Part shown: positions 26,491 through 39,002 of the stretch, in pieces | Numbering within the stretch: the stretch's first letter is position 1 | Layout of the letters: each line of letters begins with the position of its first letter | From: Camelus dromedarius | Taxonomy: Eukaryota | Direction: 5' to 3' | DNA: 64,000 bases | Assembly: GCF_036321535.1 (NCBI RefSeq) | Contig: NC_087437.1 | Location: 3,348,001-3,412,000, forward strand | Notes under the pieces: model-generated | The model's database searches: none | What the model saw: only the letters and a program-made list of their open reading frames with translations | What the model was told of the DNA's origin: nothing | Position numbers and translations under genes: made by a program

Positions 26491-27383
26491 GTTTCTAACA
26501 GACCACACCCCAGGTCACACCAAAGCTACAAAATGACTAACAGTGCCTTCTCCTGACTGAGTTCTGTTTCCTCACCAACATCCTCATTGGTCTCACTTTG
26601 TCCTCTTTGCCCCCAGAACAGAATTATGGTGATGCCCAATTGCTGAATTGTTCTTGCTTCTTGATAACACAGATTTCAGAGCAAGTCCCTGTTTCCCTGG
26701 TGCCACCTTGAAATAACCTAGCATGAGTCCAGATCTTGTAACTCACTAGGACAGAGACGTCCTCAGGTGTCTGCTCTCTCTCCCTGTAGCAGGCTAACTG
26801 AACTTAACCTTGTTTGGGTTCAGGTGTGCTTCTGGTCATCCCTGAGTGATGGGCTTCCACTATACTGAGCACACAGTACAGCGCACTCTGCACAAGACAT
26901 GCTAGCCAAGGGCAGTAGTAGGCAAGTCTTTTTTTCCCCTGGCTTGTTGCATGCAGCACACCTAGAACATGCTTGTTCAATAAAGGGCTATTCTCAAGTA
27001 ACTGGGAAGCCAGGTGTTGTGGCTAGGAAGAAGAGATGTCATTTTCCCTCCAACACCCAAAGTGTTATTGTTAGGTGTCCACGGTAACTGCAACAGCAAT
27101 TGGTGGATTGGCAGAGCAGGCAAAGCAAAGATTTTGAAGTCCAAGAAGTTACCAGAAGTTGACCATTGGCTGGACTTTTTAAGCCAGGCTAACCAGATCT
27201 CTAATAAAATGAGGGTGTTGAAATAGCTAAACTTCTAAGTTCTTATTTCCAAAATTTCTACAAACACCCATATGACAAAGAAGGAAACAAGCTTTTGGAG
27301 TAATAGAACGAACGCCCAAAGACACATACATGGTGATTAGGCTGGCTCTGGGACTCAGGCAAAGGCTTTATTTATACAGAAGG

Positions 27384-27755
27384 TGTATTAGGCATCTATT
27401 GCTGCATCACAAATCGTTCTAAAACTTAGTGACTCAAAGTAAGAGCAATCATTTATTCTCTCTGGCAGTTTCTTCTGGTCAAGAACCCGTGAGGTCCCTG
27501 GCTGGATGGTTGAGGCTAAAAGTCTTTCATGAGTTGCATGGGACTGGAGGAATCACTTACTACCTGGCTCACTCCTAGCTGGAGAGTTGACTCCTCCTCA
27601 CATGGGCCGACTGCAGGACATGACGCTGGTTTCCCCCACAGGGAGCCATCCAAGACACCAAGACAGAGAAGCAATGCCTTTTATGGCCCGGCCCTGAAAG
27701 TCACACATCATCTACGGGTCCATATTCTATTAGCACATACCAGCCCTGATTCAGC
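27384..27755 (-). mobile_element. MaLR LTR remnant (MLT1G/H-like) just upstream of the MRPL3 promoter
   Basis: TGTATTAG...CTATTGCTGCATCACAAAT...AAAACTTAGTGACTCAAA...GCAATGCCTTTTATG...AAGTCACACATCA. Confidence 0.72.
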
Positions 27756-28294
27756 CCCGACTCTGCCCGTGTGCCAGCGGTGCTATTTTGGACTAGCACC
27801 AAAATTCTAGGTCTCTGTGTTCCCTCATTTGTTATCTAAAAACAACTTCCGTTCGGGGCTATTCTGAACGTAAACCAATAAACTGTCAAGCGCTGCTTAG
27901 TACAATGAGCTGCCCCACAACAGGAGTCATTTCGAAATGATTTTGCTTCCTTAGAAAGCCCGTCCCAGGGTCGCCTTATTCTTCTAAAGTTGAAACGCCG
28001 AGCCTCCCCTTTTCCCAACCCCGTAGAGAAGAGTCAGGCAGACCCCGTCTCCCCAGCCCGACTCCCATCCGAAGTAGGACTGTTCCAGAGGTGGAACTCT
28101 AGTTCCCGGGGCGGGTCCGGCGCCCGGAGCGCAAGCGAACGGACCGGAAGTGGCTCCGGCAGTTCTTCTTCTGTCCCGGAGGGCACCGGCGGGACGCGGC
28201 GGGACGGCTCTGGTGGGCTCCGCGGACGGGGACGCCGGCGCGGGGACGCCCTGAGCGCGGAGCAGCGGGCTCCCGGAAGAGTAGCGGCCACGCC

Positions 28295-28386
28295 ATGCCA
28301 GCTTGGAGGCTGCTGGCTCGGGCCGGCGCCCGGGTGCTGGGCCGTGGCGTGGACGGCCTGCATGCGGCCTCGGGCTCAAGGAACAG
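28295..28386 (+). CDS. MRPL3: Mitochondrial ribosomal protein L3 (uL3m) exon 1, mitochondrial presequence: MPAWRLLARAGARVLGRGVDGLHAASGSRN(R)
   Basis: ATG in Kozak context inside the CpG island. Arg/Leu/Ala-rich, acid-poor N-terminus. CAG|GTGTGT donor; 92 nt, phase 2 matches exon 2. Confidence 0.93.
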
Positions 28387-28438
28387 GTGTGTGCGGGTGA
28401 GGGTCGGGGCTGGGGGTGGTGCCTGTACCTGCAGCCCT

Positions 28439-28610
28439 GGGGCAGCCGCCTGGCCTGGTCCCCGGGGCAGCGGCCCGGCCTGGTCCCGGGGTAGCCGCCT
28501 AGTGTGGTCCCTGGGCAGCGGCCCGGCCTGGTCCCCGGGAAGCCGCCTGACCTGTTTCCCGGGGCAGAGACCCGGCCTGGTCCTTGGGGCTGCCGCCTGG
28601 CCTGGCCTAG
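28439..28610. repeat. GC-rich 24-25 bp minisatellite (about 7 units) in MRPL3 intron 1
   Basis: Consensus GGGGCAGC(C/G)GCC(T/C)GGCCTGGTCCC repeated in tandem. Confidence 0.9.
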
Positions 28611-29577
28611 CCTGGCCCGGCCCAGAGGGCTCTGCCCCGGGTTGCGGAGGAGGGGGCTCCGTCCAGACCTAAAGAGTAAGGGTCGTTGTCTAAGGCCGTA
28701 CCCTTTAAAGAACTGAACTGATGTTTGTTTGTTTGTTTGTTTTTAACGCTGATGAGCTAACGACTGGCAGCGTCACCAATAATATTATCTGCTGGTTGGT
28801 GAGCGTAAATGCTGTTAGGTCCATTAGGCGCAGTAGCTCAAGCAGCCTCACCTGAGAGAGCTGCGCTCATCCGTCTTACTGATACGACCACTGTTCCAGC
28901 GTGATACCGTTTTGCAGATAAAACAGAGGCTTAGAGAAAAGTGAGTTGCCCAAGGTCACTTAACTAGTAAGTGCAAAGTTGGGACTCCAGCCTGAATCTA
29001 TCGACCTGTCGATGGAAGGGAAAGAGACCACAGAAAGCTTTACTTCTTTTCTGACCCTCCTTTTGAGAATTACACACCTCCTTCCTGCTCTCCATCCCCT
29101 AAGGTCTTTCTTGGTGTGTTCAGCTGGTCTTTGGTCATGTCTTCTGTGGATTTTAAAATTTTGCACACCCAGTTTCTTCGCCACTCTGAACCTAGGCCAT
29201 GTCATTGCAGGGAAGAGAGGTGAGCCTATCAGGGAGAGATCAGTACCCAACATTGTCACCTCTTCTGGATATATACTGTTCAGGTACTTGTTCAGATGGG
29301 CCAGTGGCTTCTCTTTCATCGACGTAGGAACAACTGCGTTAGATGTCAGTTTGTCATGGAGCAGATGAGGAACTTTTCCTCCAGGGAAACCATTAGCAGT
29401 TAAAATATGAGCCCCATTATTGTTATTATAAGGCATGTCAGGGAAAAAACTAGAACAGAATCCAAACCCTTTCCTAAGGTCCTGATTACACTTTCCAATT
29501 CATGTGACCTCCCTTCCGAACATTAAGTGGGGGAACCTTTTAAATTGTGCTTTGTTGTCTGATTTTTATTTTTACAG

Positions 29578-29762
29578 GACAGACATCTGGTTTTTGGTTA
29601 GAAGTCTCCATGGAGAGAGTGGCACTTGGTGGGATGAGCATCTTTCTGAAGAAAATGTTCAGTTTGTTAAGCAGTTGGCCTCTGATGAAAATAAAGCCCA
29701 GTTAGCAAGCAAACTCTGTCCTCTGAAGGATGAGCCGTGGCCCGTACATCCTTGGGAACCAG
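29578..29762 (+). CDS. MRPL3: MRPL3 exon 2: [27 protein letters not shown]...[13 protein letters not shown](G)
   Basis: TTTTTACAG acceptor, CAG|GTGTTT donor, 185 nt. Recognisable MRPL3 peptide [11 protein letters not shown]. Confidence 0.96.
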
Positions 29763-30660
29763 GTGTTTGTTATTTTGTGTTTAATGTGTTCTCATCGCCC
29801 AGTTGCTGTGTGGCGGGCCCATTCAAAATCATTGTGACTTTGTGATAAATTTATCATCTGTTGAAACGATTTTTTCATGTCTGAAGTATGTCTGTTTCAT
29901 TGGTTTGAGTTGCAGGTTTGTTTCCAGCATCCTGGTCCACCTTTAGTGAATGTCTGGTGGTCATCCAGAAGCTGCTTTGTGGGTGAAAAGAAAATCATTC
30001 TGCACTTGTGTTCTTGTTTTCTTTAGATGAAAAATAATATAAAATAAGTCAGGGAAGAAAAGCTGGAAGAGTGTGTGGCCGGACCAGGAGGCATGAGGCC
30101 TTTCCTGTCCAGGGTATCGTCTTCGGTTAGGGTTTATTGTGACTGTTGAATCTTATCACGGCCAGAGTTCTTAGTGGAGCAACTTTATCGGTTTATGCAA
30201 CAAATCTAAGTGTCGTTGGGGAGGCCGACAGATTTTAGCAGTACGACCATTTGTGTCCTCCCTGTAGCCCCAGCTAACTTCTTAAGATTTGAGTCGTACA
30301 TTTCTAATTAATGAGGCTAGATATGAATTAGTATTAGGAAAGCGAAGCACAGTGATGGATTTATCCTGCCCTCTGAATACACTGCTTTAAAACCAGTGTT
30401 TATCAGATAAACTGTTTTGTTTTGTACATTCCTCTTACATTTATTCTTCAGAGATTTATTGAGGACCAGCATGTTATGTCAGGCATTGTTGAAGGCACTC
30501 AGATCTATAAGAGGAACCGTTGTGTTTTACTCTGAATCCATAAGCGTGTTTCTTATGTGCCTGCTCTTTGTATTGAAACCACAATTTAGGAAATACTGTT
30601 TCATTGTGTTGGTGAGCGCTGAAAAAGCTGTGTGACTGTTGATGTGGTTTTCATTGCCAG

Positions 30661-30752
30661 GTTCCTCGAGAGTCGGCCTTATCGCGCTGAAGCTGGGCAT
30701 GATGCCTTTATGGACCAAGGATGGTCAAAGGCATGCTGTCACATTACTGCAG
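30661..30752 (+). CDS. MRPL3: MRPL3 exon 3: (G)[30 protein letters not shown]
   Basis: CAG acceptor ends 30660, CAG|GTGAGA donor, 92 nt. uL3 N-terminal motif GLIAxKLGM. Confidence 0.97.
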
Positions 30753-31689
30753 GTGAGAAAGACACCCGAGGTATGACGAGTCTGTGTGGCAAGATCTGTT
30801 TGTGCAGACCTCAAAGGGCAGTTTCGTGTGGTGAAGGAAAGGGTAGCGTCAGACATAAACACTGAAGGAGCTTTACTTCTGACGGTATCAGCGCAGGTTC
30901 CCAGCGGCCTGAATGGTGGTTTTCTCAATAGCAGCATTGGGATACTTGGGGCAGTGAATAAAACCAGTCACAGCCCAGCTCCTTTTAGAGCGACTAGTTT
31001 AACTCATAATCAGAGAGCATCTCAGCCCCATTGCTCTGTGTTAACTCAGAATGTAGCTCTCTCTTGTCTGTGGAAGCAGCACTTCGTTCTTTGAGGTGAG
31101 GTGGACTTCACATTTAAGAATGTGGGGCATGGGGCCAGATCCCTGACTTCACATCTTGGATCTGTCCCTTTGTGGCTGTGTTCCTTGGAGCACTATGTCT
31201 TGTCTGTAAAAGATGCACTTTTATTCTGTGAAAGAAGCGGTATGGCCCACCTCAGAAGGTTATTGTGAGGTGTGCACAAGATGATGAAGGTCAAGCCCTG
31301 AAAACAGTGTGCAGTGTCAGATAAACGTGAGCTGCTTTGTCTTTATCCAACAATAGAAAGATGGCTGATCTGGTTAGGAGACCCTCACGCCCCAAATCAC
31401 TGTGGACGGGCTGGTTCATTTTGGAGGCCTCGCCTTCGACAAGTGATTAGGCAGGTGGTGGTGGTTAAAGTGAGCACTCAGGCACCCAGGTGTGTCCAGT
31501 GCTGAGCCTCACAGGCGGCCTGCAAGCCCTTAGGCACTTCTTGTTGACTCGGGATGGTTAAAGAAAGGATTGGGGTTTCTAGAACTACTAGAAACTAGTG
31601 GAGCTTTCAGGAGTGACGGGTGGGGTTGAAAGTGGAACAGCCACCTCAAGAAGCAGCTTAGTACCGTGGTCAAGTTGAACATGGTGAAC

Positions 31690-32010
31690 CTTATAGTCCA
31701 GCAGTTCCCCGCCTGAGTGTTAGTAGGGAACTTGAACTGGTGAGCACCAGGACACCCAGCAGTGTTTATGTAGTTAGTCCTCCAAAACCAGAAGTAGCCC
31801 GGTGTCCGTCACGGTAGGATGAGTGAGTGAATCGTGGTCTGCTTAGGTAACAGAATGCTGGATGGCAGGGGAGACGGAGCACCCGGCAGTACGGGTGAGC
31901 CCTGCAGGTGGGATCTTGAGTGAAAGCAGGGAAACGTGGACAAGTCCATACGACCTGCGTCCACTTAGGGGAAGGTCCGAGCCGGCCGCGCAGACCTGCA
32001 TCATAATGCA
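31690..32010 (+). mobile_element. Highly diverged ancient L1 (L1ME-like) fragment
   Basis: CCTTATAGTCCAGCAGTTCCCCGCCTGAG and CCAAAACCAGAAGTAGCCCGGTGTCCGTCACGGTAGGATGAGTGAGTGAATCGTGG align by eye to L1 ORF2-end motifs present in younger copies in this window. Confidence 0.65.
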
Positions 32011-32091
32011 GCGCTTTCAAGGGGTGGTGATTATAAAGGTCGTGAGAGCCATCGGCGTCGACAGTAGCGGGGTCACAGCGGCTGCTTCAGA

Positions 32092-32256
32092 GCGGTGCTT
32101 CTCAGACTTGAGTACGGCTCAGAGCCACCTGGAGGCCTTACAGTCACAGGGGCTCTCAGTCAGCAGGTCTCAGCTGAGCCGAAGAGCCTGTGTTTCGCCA
32201 GGTGCCCAGGGGATGCTGATGCAGCTTGTCTGGGACCACACTTCCAGAGCCGCTGC
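32092..32256. mobile_element. MER5A-like element
   Basis: GTGCTTCTCAGACTTGAG...CACCTGGAGG...CCCAGGGGATGCTGATGCAGCTTGTCTGGGACCACACTT. Confidence 0.75.
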
Positions 32257-32576
32257 TCTAGGGATGGAAGAGGAGGGATGGGAGTGAGGGGTGACTGGGA
32301 AGAGACAGGGCTTTGGGGGCATCCTGACATGGGTAATGGTTGCATGCACACTTTTCTTATAAATCCTCATTTGCTTATGCACTTTATGTGTTGTATTTGA
32401 CAATTGTCTTAAGGTTATTTCTGTATTTTCAGATTGTGGTTGGTTTTAGAGAGATGATGAGATTAAAAAAAAACTTTAGGGGATTCCTTATTGTCCTAGG
32501 GCCTCGTGTGGCTGGTGTGTAATATTAAAATGTATCTCAGTGCATACTTCGTTTTTTTGTTTGTTTGTTTCTTTAG

Positions 32577-32675
32577 GTGCAAGACTGTCACGTCCTAAAA
32601 TATACTCCAAAGGAAAATTATAATGGAAAAATGGCAGCTCTAACTGTAGGAGGAAAAACTGTATCACGTTTCCAT
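32577..32675 (+). CDS. MRPL3: MRPL3 exon 4: [33 protein letters not shown]
   Basis: Long T-rich tract + TAG acceptor, CAT|GTAAGA donor. 99 nt, phase 0-0. Confidence 0.96.
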
Positions 32676-32819
32676 GTAAGATACATTTTCATTCCTAGAA
32701 TAGTACATTTCATGAGTTTCAGATCTGAGTTCTTTGAGATTCTGTATTTAAGTTTTGAGGCTATTCCATAGCCACAGACTGGTATTTGTCCAGGAGGTTA
32801 AGTTATGGATTTGGGGGGA

Positions 32820-33045
32820 GGCAGTCTGGCAGAGCCATGGAGCCCAGAGCCTGGGGGACTTCGACTTTGTTCCTGTATCTCCTTTCACTGTCTGGAACAA
32901 GTGACTTCACCCTCTAAGCTGCAGTATTTGCCCAGATGTAAAATGGGGATAAAAATGCTACTTACATAAGAGGTTTGTTACCAGGATTACATGAGATTTT
33001 TCCTATGTGCTTGGCATGTAACAGACACTGAACAGGTGGTAGCTA
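32820..33045 (+). mobile_element. MIR SINE
   Basis: ACAAGTGACTTCACCCTCTAAG...TGTAAAATGGGGATAAAAAT...GGATTACATGAGAT. Confidence 0.72.
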
Positions 33046-35600
33046 TTTGGTTATTTTGCTGTTTAATTTCATTGTTTTTCTAAATTGTCTCAACTCTTGG
33101 CACCAACAGGATGTGAGGGTTAATTTTGTATGTACTAGAAGCGGTTCTGACTGTTGGGGAGAAAGCTGTATATGAACCCACATCAGATTTTTTTTAAATA
33201 AAGCATATTTCCCAAGTAGAATACAAGTAGAATGCCACGTTTGTAGTTTAAATGTGAAAAATCTGCAGTTAGTATTCTCTATTGAATGTTGAAAGCAGAG
33301 AATACCTTCCTAGAAACAGTGATGGTTTTTACTGGCGGCTCCTGAAACATCTTTAGGTTTACTAAGGCATTGCTTGTCTCCACTTGTCCATTCTAACTTG
33401 TTTATAAAATGGATGTGAGTGGACGCTAGGACGCAGCCTGGGCCACGCAGCTGTCAGAGCTGGCCCGTGTTTACTGTGAGCCCTCTAGTTCCTTGTCACA
33501 GATTTGGGCACTTCCTGCCAGGCAGGGAAGCCCTTTATGCCTTGAACGTTTGTTGTCTCATTAGCCTTTTCAGCCTCTAAAGCCACAGAGGTTAAGCAGC
33601 TCCCCCGCTCAGGGCTGCCCACTGAAGGGGTGGATCTGCAGTCAGACTCCAAGCCTTCCTTTCTGAGCTGTGTCTTGCTGTCCCCACTCTGGGGCGTGTA
33701 GGCTGGTGGGAGGGTAGACTGATAAACCCGCCATCTGGGTACAGGGCTGTGACTGCAGCAGGCCCAGGCTGCTGGAGGACCAGGGAGGAGAGCGGGCCTG
33801 GTCGCTGCAGAAGCAGAGCCTGTGTGCGTGGGGAGGAGCCTGCGTGGTGTCTGGATCTCTGTGGGGTCCGGTGCGGGGCCGGGGAGTGTGGTGAGGGGGT
33901 GAAGGGGGCAGCTGTCAGGATGGAGGGCTGAGGAGTTGGGGCTCTGAGGAGCCTTGTGAGTTCTCTAACCAGGGCAGTGCCAGGTGAGCTGTGATCTTGG
34001 TTAACTCAGTCAGGAGAACCCAGCGCAGGGAGGACGTTCTGGAGGTGATTTTCAGCACTGGGGGAGTTGATAAAAGTGTTTGGCACCAGAGCAGTGGCAT
34101 TGGGTTTGGAAGGGGTGGTGATTGTAAAGGACTCGGAGTAAGCATGTGGGGAGGGGACATGGCGGGGTGGCGCCCTGTGCCCAGCCTGGGATAGTGCAGG
34201 GGAAGGGAAGCTGGGAGGAAAGGTGTGTTTGAGGTGTTTACAGCAAATCCAGATGGAGTTGTGCTATGAATGGTGGGGATACTGGTCAGTACACTGGTGG
34301 TGGTTGAAGTCACCGGGGTCTTGTAGCTCAGTAGGACTATCTCAGAGTGTTAGAGAAGTTAGCTGGTTATGGTTTAATTTTTCATTAAAGCTTCATTGTA
34401 ATATCTGCTACTAGTTCTTGACAGTTTATTGACTAATAATTTCAGGCCTCAGATAATTCCACAGTAATTAAAAGCACAAGGTAATATTTTTGGAAACTTG
34501 TTTTTAATGTCAAATATTTGAACTTTTAAGTATGTCGATGTTTGTCAGCCTTCACGTGAATCGTGTAACTTTTCTGTTTAATGGATGCCACTGTTTTCTG
34601 ATTGATCATATTAGACAAAAACTTTGTCTTTGACCTTTCATCAGAGTAGGATGTGAAAATGAAATTCTGAAATTCTTAAAAGTAAAGCATTTTGGTTCAG
34701 AAAGGAAAACAATTTTTGGAACTAAACTATATACAAACTTCCTGTTGCTTATAGTAACTGTCAGGGAAACTGCAGGTGGCTTGGTTATAGAAGGTAGAGA
34801 CAGAGAGACCTATGAATATATAATATCAAACAGCTAAGCATTCTACAGTGAGTTGATTGTATTGGTTTTTTTTTATAATAGGGCTACAGTGTTATTTTTT
34901 CAATCTGTAAAGAATTCATTCCTCCAAGAAACTAGACTGCTTTTGCTGCTTTTGTGCCTTATACATAAAAACTGATGCGGCATATAGTATTTTAGAATAA
35001 GGAAGTTAAGTAGCCTTAAACGTTGATTAAATCAATTCATCTTAGGAGCAGAGGCATTTTCATCGTGAGAAGGAAATTGCAGGGAACTCTCAAGGCAGAG
35101 GAAAAATGCACCCTCATAGGTGGGAGTATCCAAGTGTGACACTGCTGTCAGTTTTGTAGATTGCCTTTTGAAATCATTTTAAAAAAAAGAGAAAAACTGG
35201 TGTCACACTGCTGTTGATTACAACTCAACTTAAGCATTTGGTTTTTCTCACAACTGATACCAAGTTAGTTTTATAATATTTTGATTTTAAAGGAAGAAGC
35301 AAAGTATTCAATTTTAATGAAATCGGAAGATAATCAAGAAGTGTTACCTTTGTTCTCTTTATGTCTCAGTTTATAAATACTTAGGTCAAGATGTGTATCT
35401 TGTCCCATCTTGTATGACTAGAAAAAGCAAAAGATTTCTCTCAGGAGCCTCCCATCATACCTAAAAACTGACATTAATAATATGTTTTTTAAATTACCAG
35501 GAAGAATATGTGAATGTCAAAAATAAAATTGAAATCTCTTCTAAAATGTAATAACTCTCAATCTGATACATCAGGAGAATATTTCAAGGAGCTGCATTTT

Positions 35601-38600
35601 CAAAACATTTATTGACATATAATCGACCTACTCTTAGTTGTGGATGCACAGTATAGTGACCTGATATTTCTGTAGTTTATTCAGTGGTCCCTGCAGTAAG
35701 TCTAGTTACGATCTGTCACCACACGAAGATGTCATTTAGTTATTGGCTGTATTCCCCGCACTGTAGAGTTCATACCTGGGCCTCCTTCTTTTGGTAACTG
35801 GAGGTTTGTGCTTCTTCATCTCCCTCCCCTATTTCCCTCATTCCCCCTGTGCCTACCTGTTTGTTCTCCATATCTATGAATCTGTCTCTCTTTTGTTACA
35901 TTTGTTTATTTGTTTCTTAGATTCCACATATAAGTGAAATAATATAGTATTTGTCTGACTTACTTCACTTAGTGTAATGCCCTCTCGATCCATCCATGTG
36001 GTCATAGATGGCAAGACTGTATTCCTGTTACGGCTGAGTAATATTCCATTGTGCTTATGTACCACATCTTTATCCAGTCATCTGTGTGTGAACACTAGGT
36101 TGCTGTGTCTTGGCTGTTGTAAATAGTGCTGCAGTGAACATGGGAGTGCATTTGTCTTTGAATTAGTGTTTTGTTTTCTTCAGGTAGATACCCAAAAGTG
36201 AAATTGTTGGATCATGTGGTAGTTCTGCTTTTAGTTTTTTGAGAAACCTCTGTCATGTTTTCCATAATGGCTGCAGCAATTTACATTCCCACCAGCAGTG
36301 TAGGAGGATTCCCTTTTCTCTATATCCTCACCAAAACCTATTATTTCTTGTCTTACTGATAATAGCCTTTATCCCGTGTGTGAGGTGCTGTCTCATTGAG
36401 CTTTATTTGCATTCCCTGACCAGTGACGTTGAGCATCTTTTCATGTGTCTGTTGGTCATCTGCGTGTCTTCCTTGTCTAGTCAAGTCCTCGGCCCATTGT
36501 TTTATCAGGTTGTTTGGGTTTTTTTTTTGATGTTGAGTTGTATGAGTTCTTTGTGTATACATACATATATATGTATTTATCATATCTATCATTTGCTGTT
36601 ACCTTCTCCCACTTAGTAGGCAGCCTTTTCATCTTGTTGATAGTTTCCTTCACTGTGCAAAAGCTTTTTTGTTTGGTGTCTCATTTATTTCTACTTTTGT
36701 TTCCCTTGCCTGAGGAGACTGATTCAAAAAAGTTTTGCTAAGACCAGTGTCAGAGGTGGTACTGGCTGTGTTTTCTTCTAGGAGTTTTATGGCTTCAGAA
36801 GTGTTACATTTAAGACATTAATCCATTTTGAGTTTATTTTTGTGTATGAAGTGAGACAGTGTTCCATTTTGTTTCTTTCTCATGTAGCTGTCCAGTTTTC
36901 CCAGCACCATTTATGGAAGAGACTATCTTTTCTCTATCATACATTCTTGCCTCCTTTGTCATGGATTCATTGACCATTAAGCATGATTTTATTTCTGGGC
37001 TCTGTGTTCTGTTTCATTGATCTATATGTCTTATTTTTGTGTCAGAACCATACTGTTTTGATTACTGTAGCTTTGTAGTGTAGTTTGAAGTCAGGGAGTG
37101 TGATAACCTCCAGCTTTGCTCTTTCTCTCAAGATTGTTTTGGCTATTCTGGGTCTTTGGTGATTCCATATAAACTTGGGATTATTTATTCTGGTTCTGTG
37201 AACAATGCCATTGGTATTTTAATAGGGATTGCATTGAATCTGTAGACTGCCTTGGGTAGTGTGATCATTTTAACAGTATTCTTCCAGTCCATGGACACAG
37301 TATATCTTTTCATCTCTTTGTTTCGTCTTCAATTTCTTTCATCAATATCTTAACAGTTTTCCAAGTATAGCTCTTTTACCTTCTTGGTTAAAATTATTCC
37401 TAGGCATTTTATTCTTTGTTTTTAAATCAAAGTATAGTTCATTTATAATGTTGTGTTAGTTTCTGGTGTACAGCACAGTGATTCAGTTATACATACACTT
37501 TTTCATTATAGGTCATTACAAGGTATTGAATATAGTTCCCTGTACTATCCAGTAGGACCTTGTTGTTTATTTTATATATAATAGTTTGTATCTGCTAATC
37601 CCAGACTTTTAATTTATCCCTCCCTCACTTCCCCTTTGGTAATCGTGAGTTTGTTTTCTATGTCTGTGAGTCTCTTTCTGTTTTTTAAATAAATTCATTT
37701 GTGTCTTTTTTTTTTATATTCCACATGTAAGTGAAATCACATGATATATGTTTTTCTCTGTCTGATTTCACTTAGTTTGACGATCTCTAGGTCCATCCAT
37801 ATTGCTGCAAATGGCATTATTTCATTCTTTTTTTAAGGCTGAATAGTATTTCACTGTATAAATATACCACAACTTCTTTATCCAGTCACCTGTCAATGGA
37901 CATTTAGGTTGCATCTGTGTTGTGACTATTGTAAATAGTGCTGCTGTTTATGAATTAGAGTTCCCTCTGGATATGTGGCCAAGAGGGTTTGCTAGATCAT
38001 ATGGTAAGTCTGTTTTTAGTTTTTTAAGGACCTTTTTTACTGTTTTCCATAGTGACTGTGACAAACTTCATTCCCACCAACAGTGTAGGAGGGTTCCCTT
38101 TTCTCCACACCCTCCCCAGCACTTGTCATTTGTGGACTTTCGAATGATGGCCATTCTGACTGGTGTGAGGTGATACCTCATTGTAGTTTTGATTTGCATT
38201 TCTCTGATAGTTAGTGATATTGAGCATTTTTTCATGGGCCTATTGGCCATCTGGCTGTCTTCTTTGGAGAAACGTCTGTTTAGATCTGTCCATTTTTTAA
38301 TTTTTTTTTTTTTTGTTGTTGTTACTGAGCTGTATGAGCTGTTTATATGGAAATTAAGCCCTTGTCAGTCGTGTCCTTTGCAGATATTTTTCCTCAGTTG
38401 GTAGATTGTCTTTTCATTTTGTTTATGGTTTCCTTTGCTATGCAAAAGCTTGTAAGTTTAATTAGGTGCCATTTGTTTATTTTTGCTTTTATTTCTATTG
38501 TCTTGGGAGACTGACCTAGGAAGAACATTACTTCAGTTTATGTCAGAGAATGTTTTACCTATGTTCTCTTCTTGAGGTTTGATAGTGTCTTATATTTAAG

Positions 38601-39002
38601 TCTTTAAGCCATTTGGAGTTTATTTGTGTGTGTGGTGTGAGGGAGTGTTCTAACTTCATTGATTTACATGTCGCTCCAGTTTTCCCAACACCGCTTGCTG
38701 AAGAGACTCTTTACTCCATTGTATGTTCTTGCCTCCTTTTATTCTTTTTGATGCAGTGGTAAATGGGATTGTTTCTTAGTTTCTCTTTCTGATAGTTCAT
38801 TTTTGTGTGTACAAACACAACAGATTTCTGTCTCTTAATGTATGCTACCACTTTACTGAATTCCTTTAATCTGATAGTTTTTTGGTGGCATCTTAAGGAT
38901 TTTCTATATATAGCATCATGCCATCTGCAAACAGTGACAGTTTATCTGCAAACAGTGACAGCGTTACTTCTTCCCTTCCGATTTGGATTTCTATTATTTC
39001 TT
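35601..39002 (-). mobile_element. Older 5'-truncated L1 in MRPL3 intron 4, interrupted by a younger L1
   Basis: Degenerate ORF2 remnants on the minus strand. 19-bp TSD TTTCAAGGAGCTGCATTTT at 35582-35600 and 39003-39021. Confidence 0.92.
37418..38736 (-). mobile_element. Younger L1 nested in the older L1
   Basis: Second L1 3' end restarts at about 37420. ORF2 peptide [19 protein letters not shown] (38068..38250). TSD TTTTATTCTTT at 37407-37417 and 38737-38747. Confidence 0.9.

Larger units (their letters stand above)
27990..28670 (+). promoter_or_regulatory. CpG island / TATA-less promoter and 5'UTR of MRPL3
   Basis: Very GC- and CpG-rich. GC box GGGGCGGG 28108-28115, ETS/GABPA site ACCGGAAGTG 28143-28152, second CCGGAAG 28273-28279, Kozak GCCATG at 28292-28297. 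Confidence 0.9.

Noticed and set aside
28439..28610. Regularly spaced 24-25 bp repeats as a CRISPR-like array
   Set aside because: Units are directly adjacent with no unique spacers, in a mammalian intron with no cas genes. It is a minisatellite.
27984..28716. Several overlapping ORFs on both strands around MRPL3 exon 1
   Set aside because: Stop-codon scarcity in a GC-rich island. Only 28295-28386 has homology and splice support.
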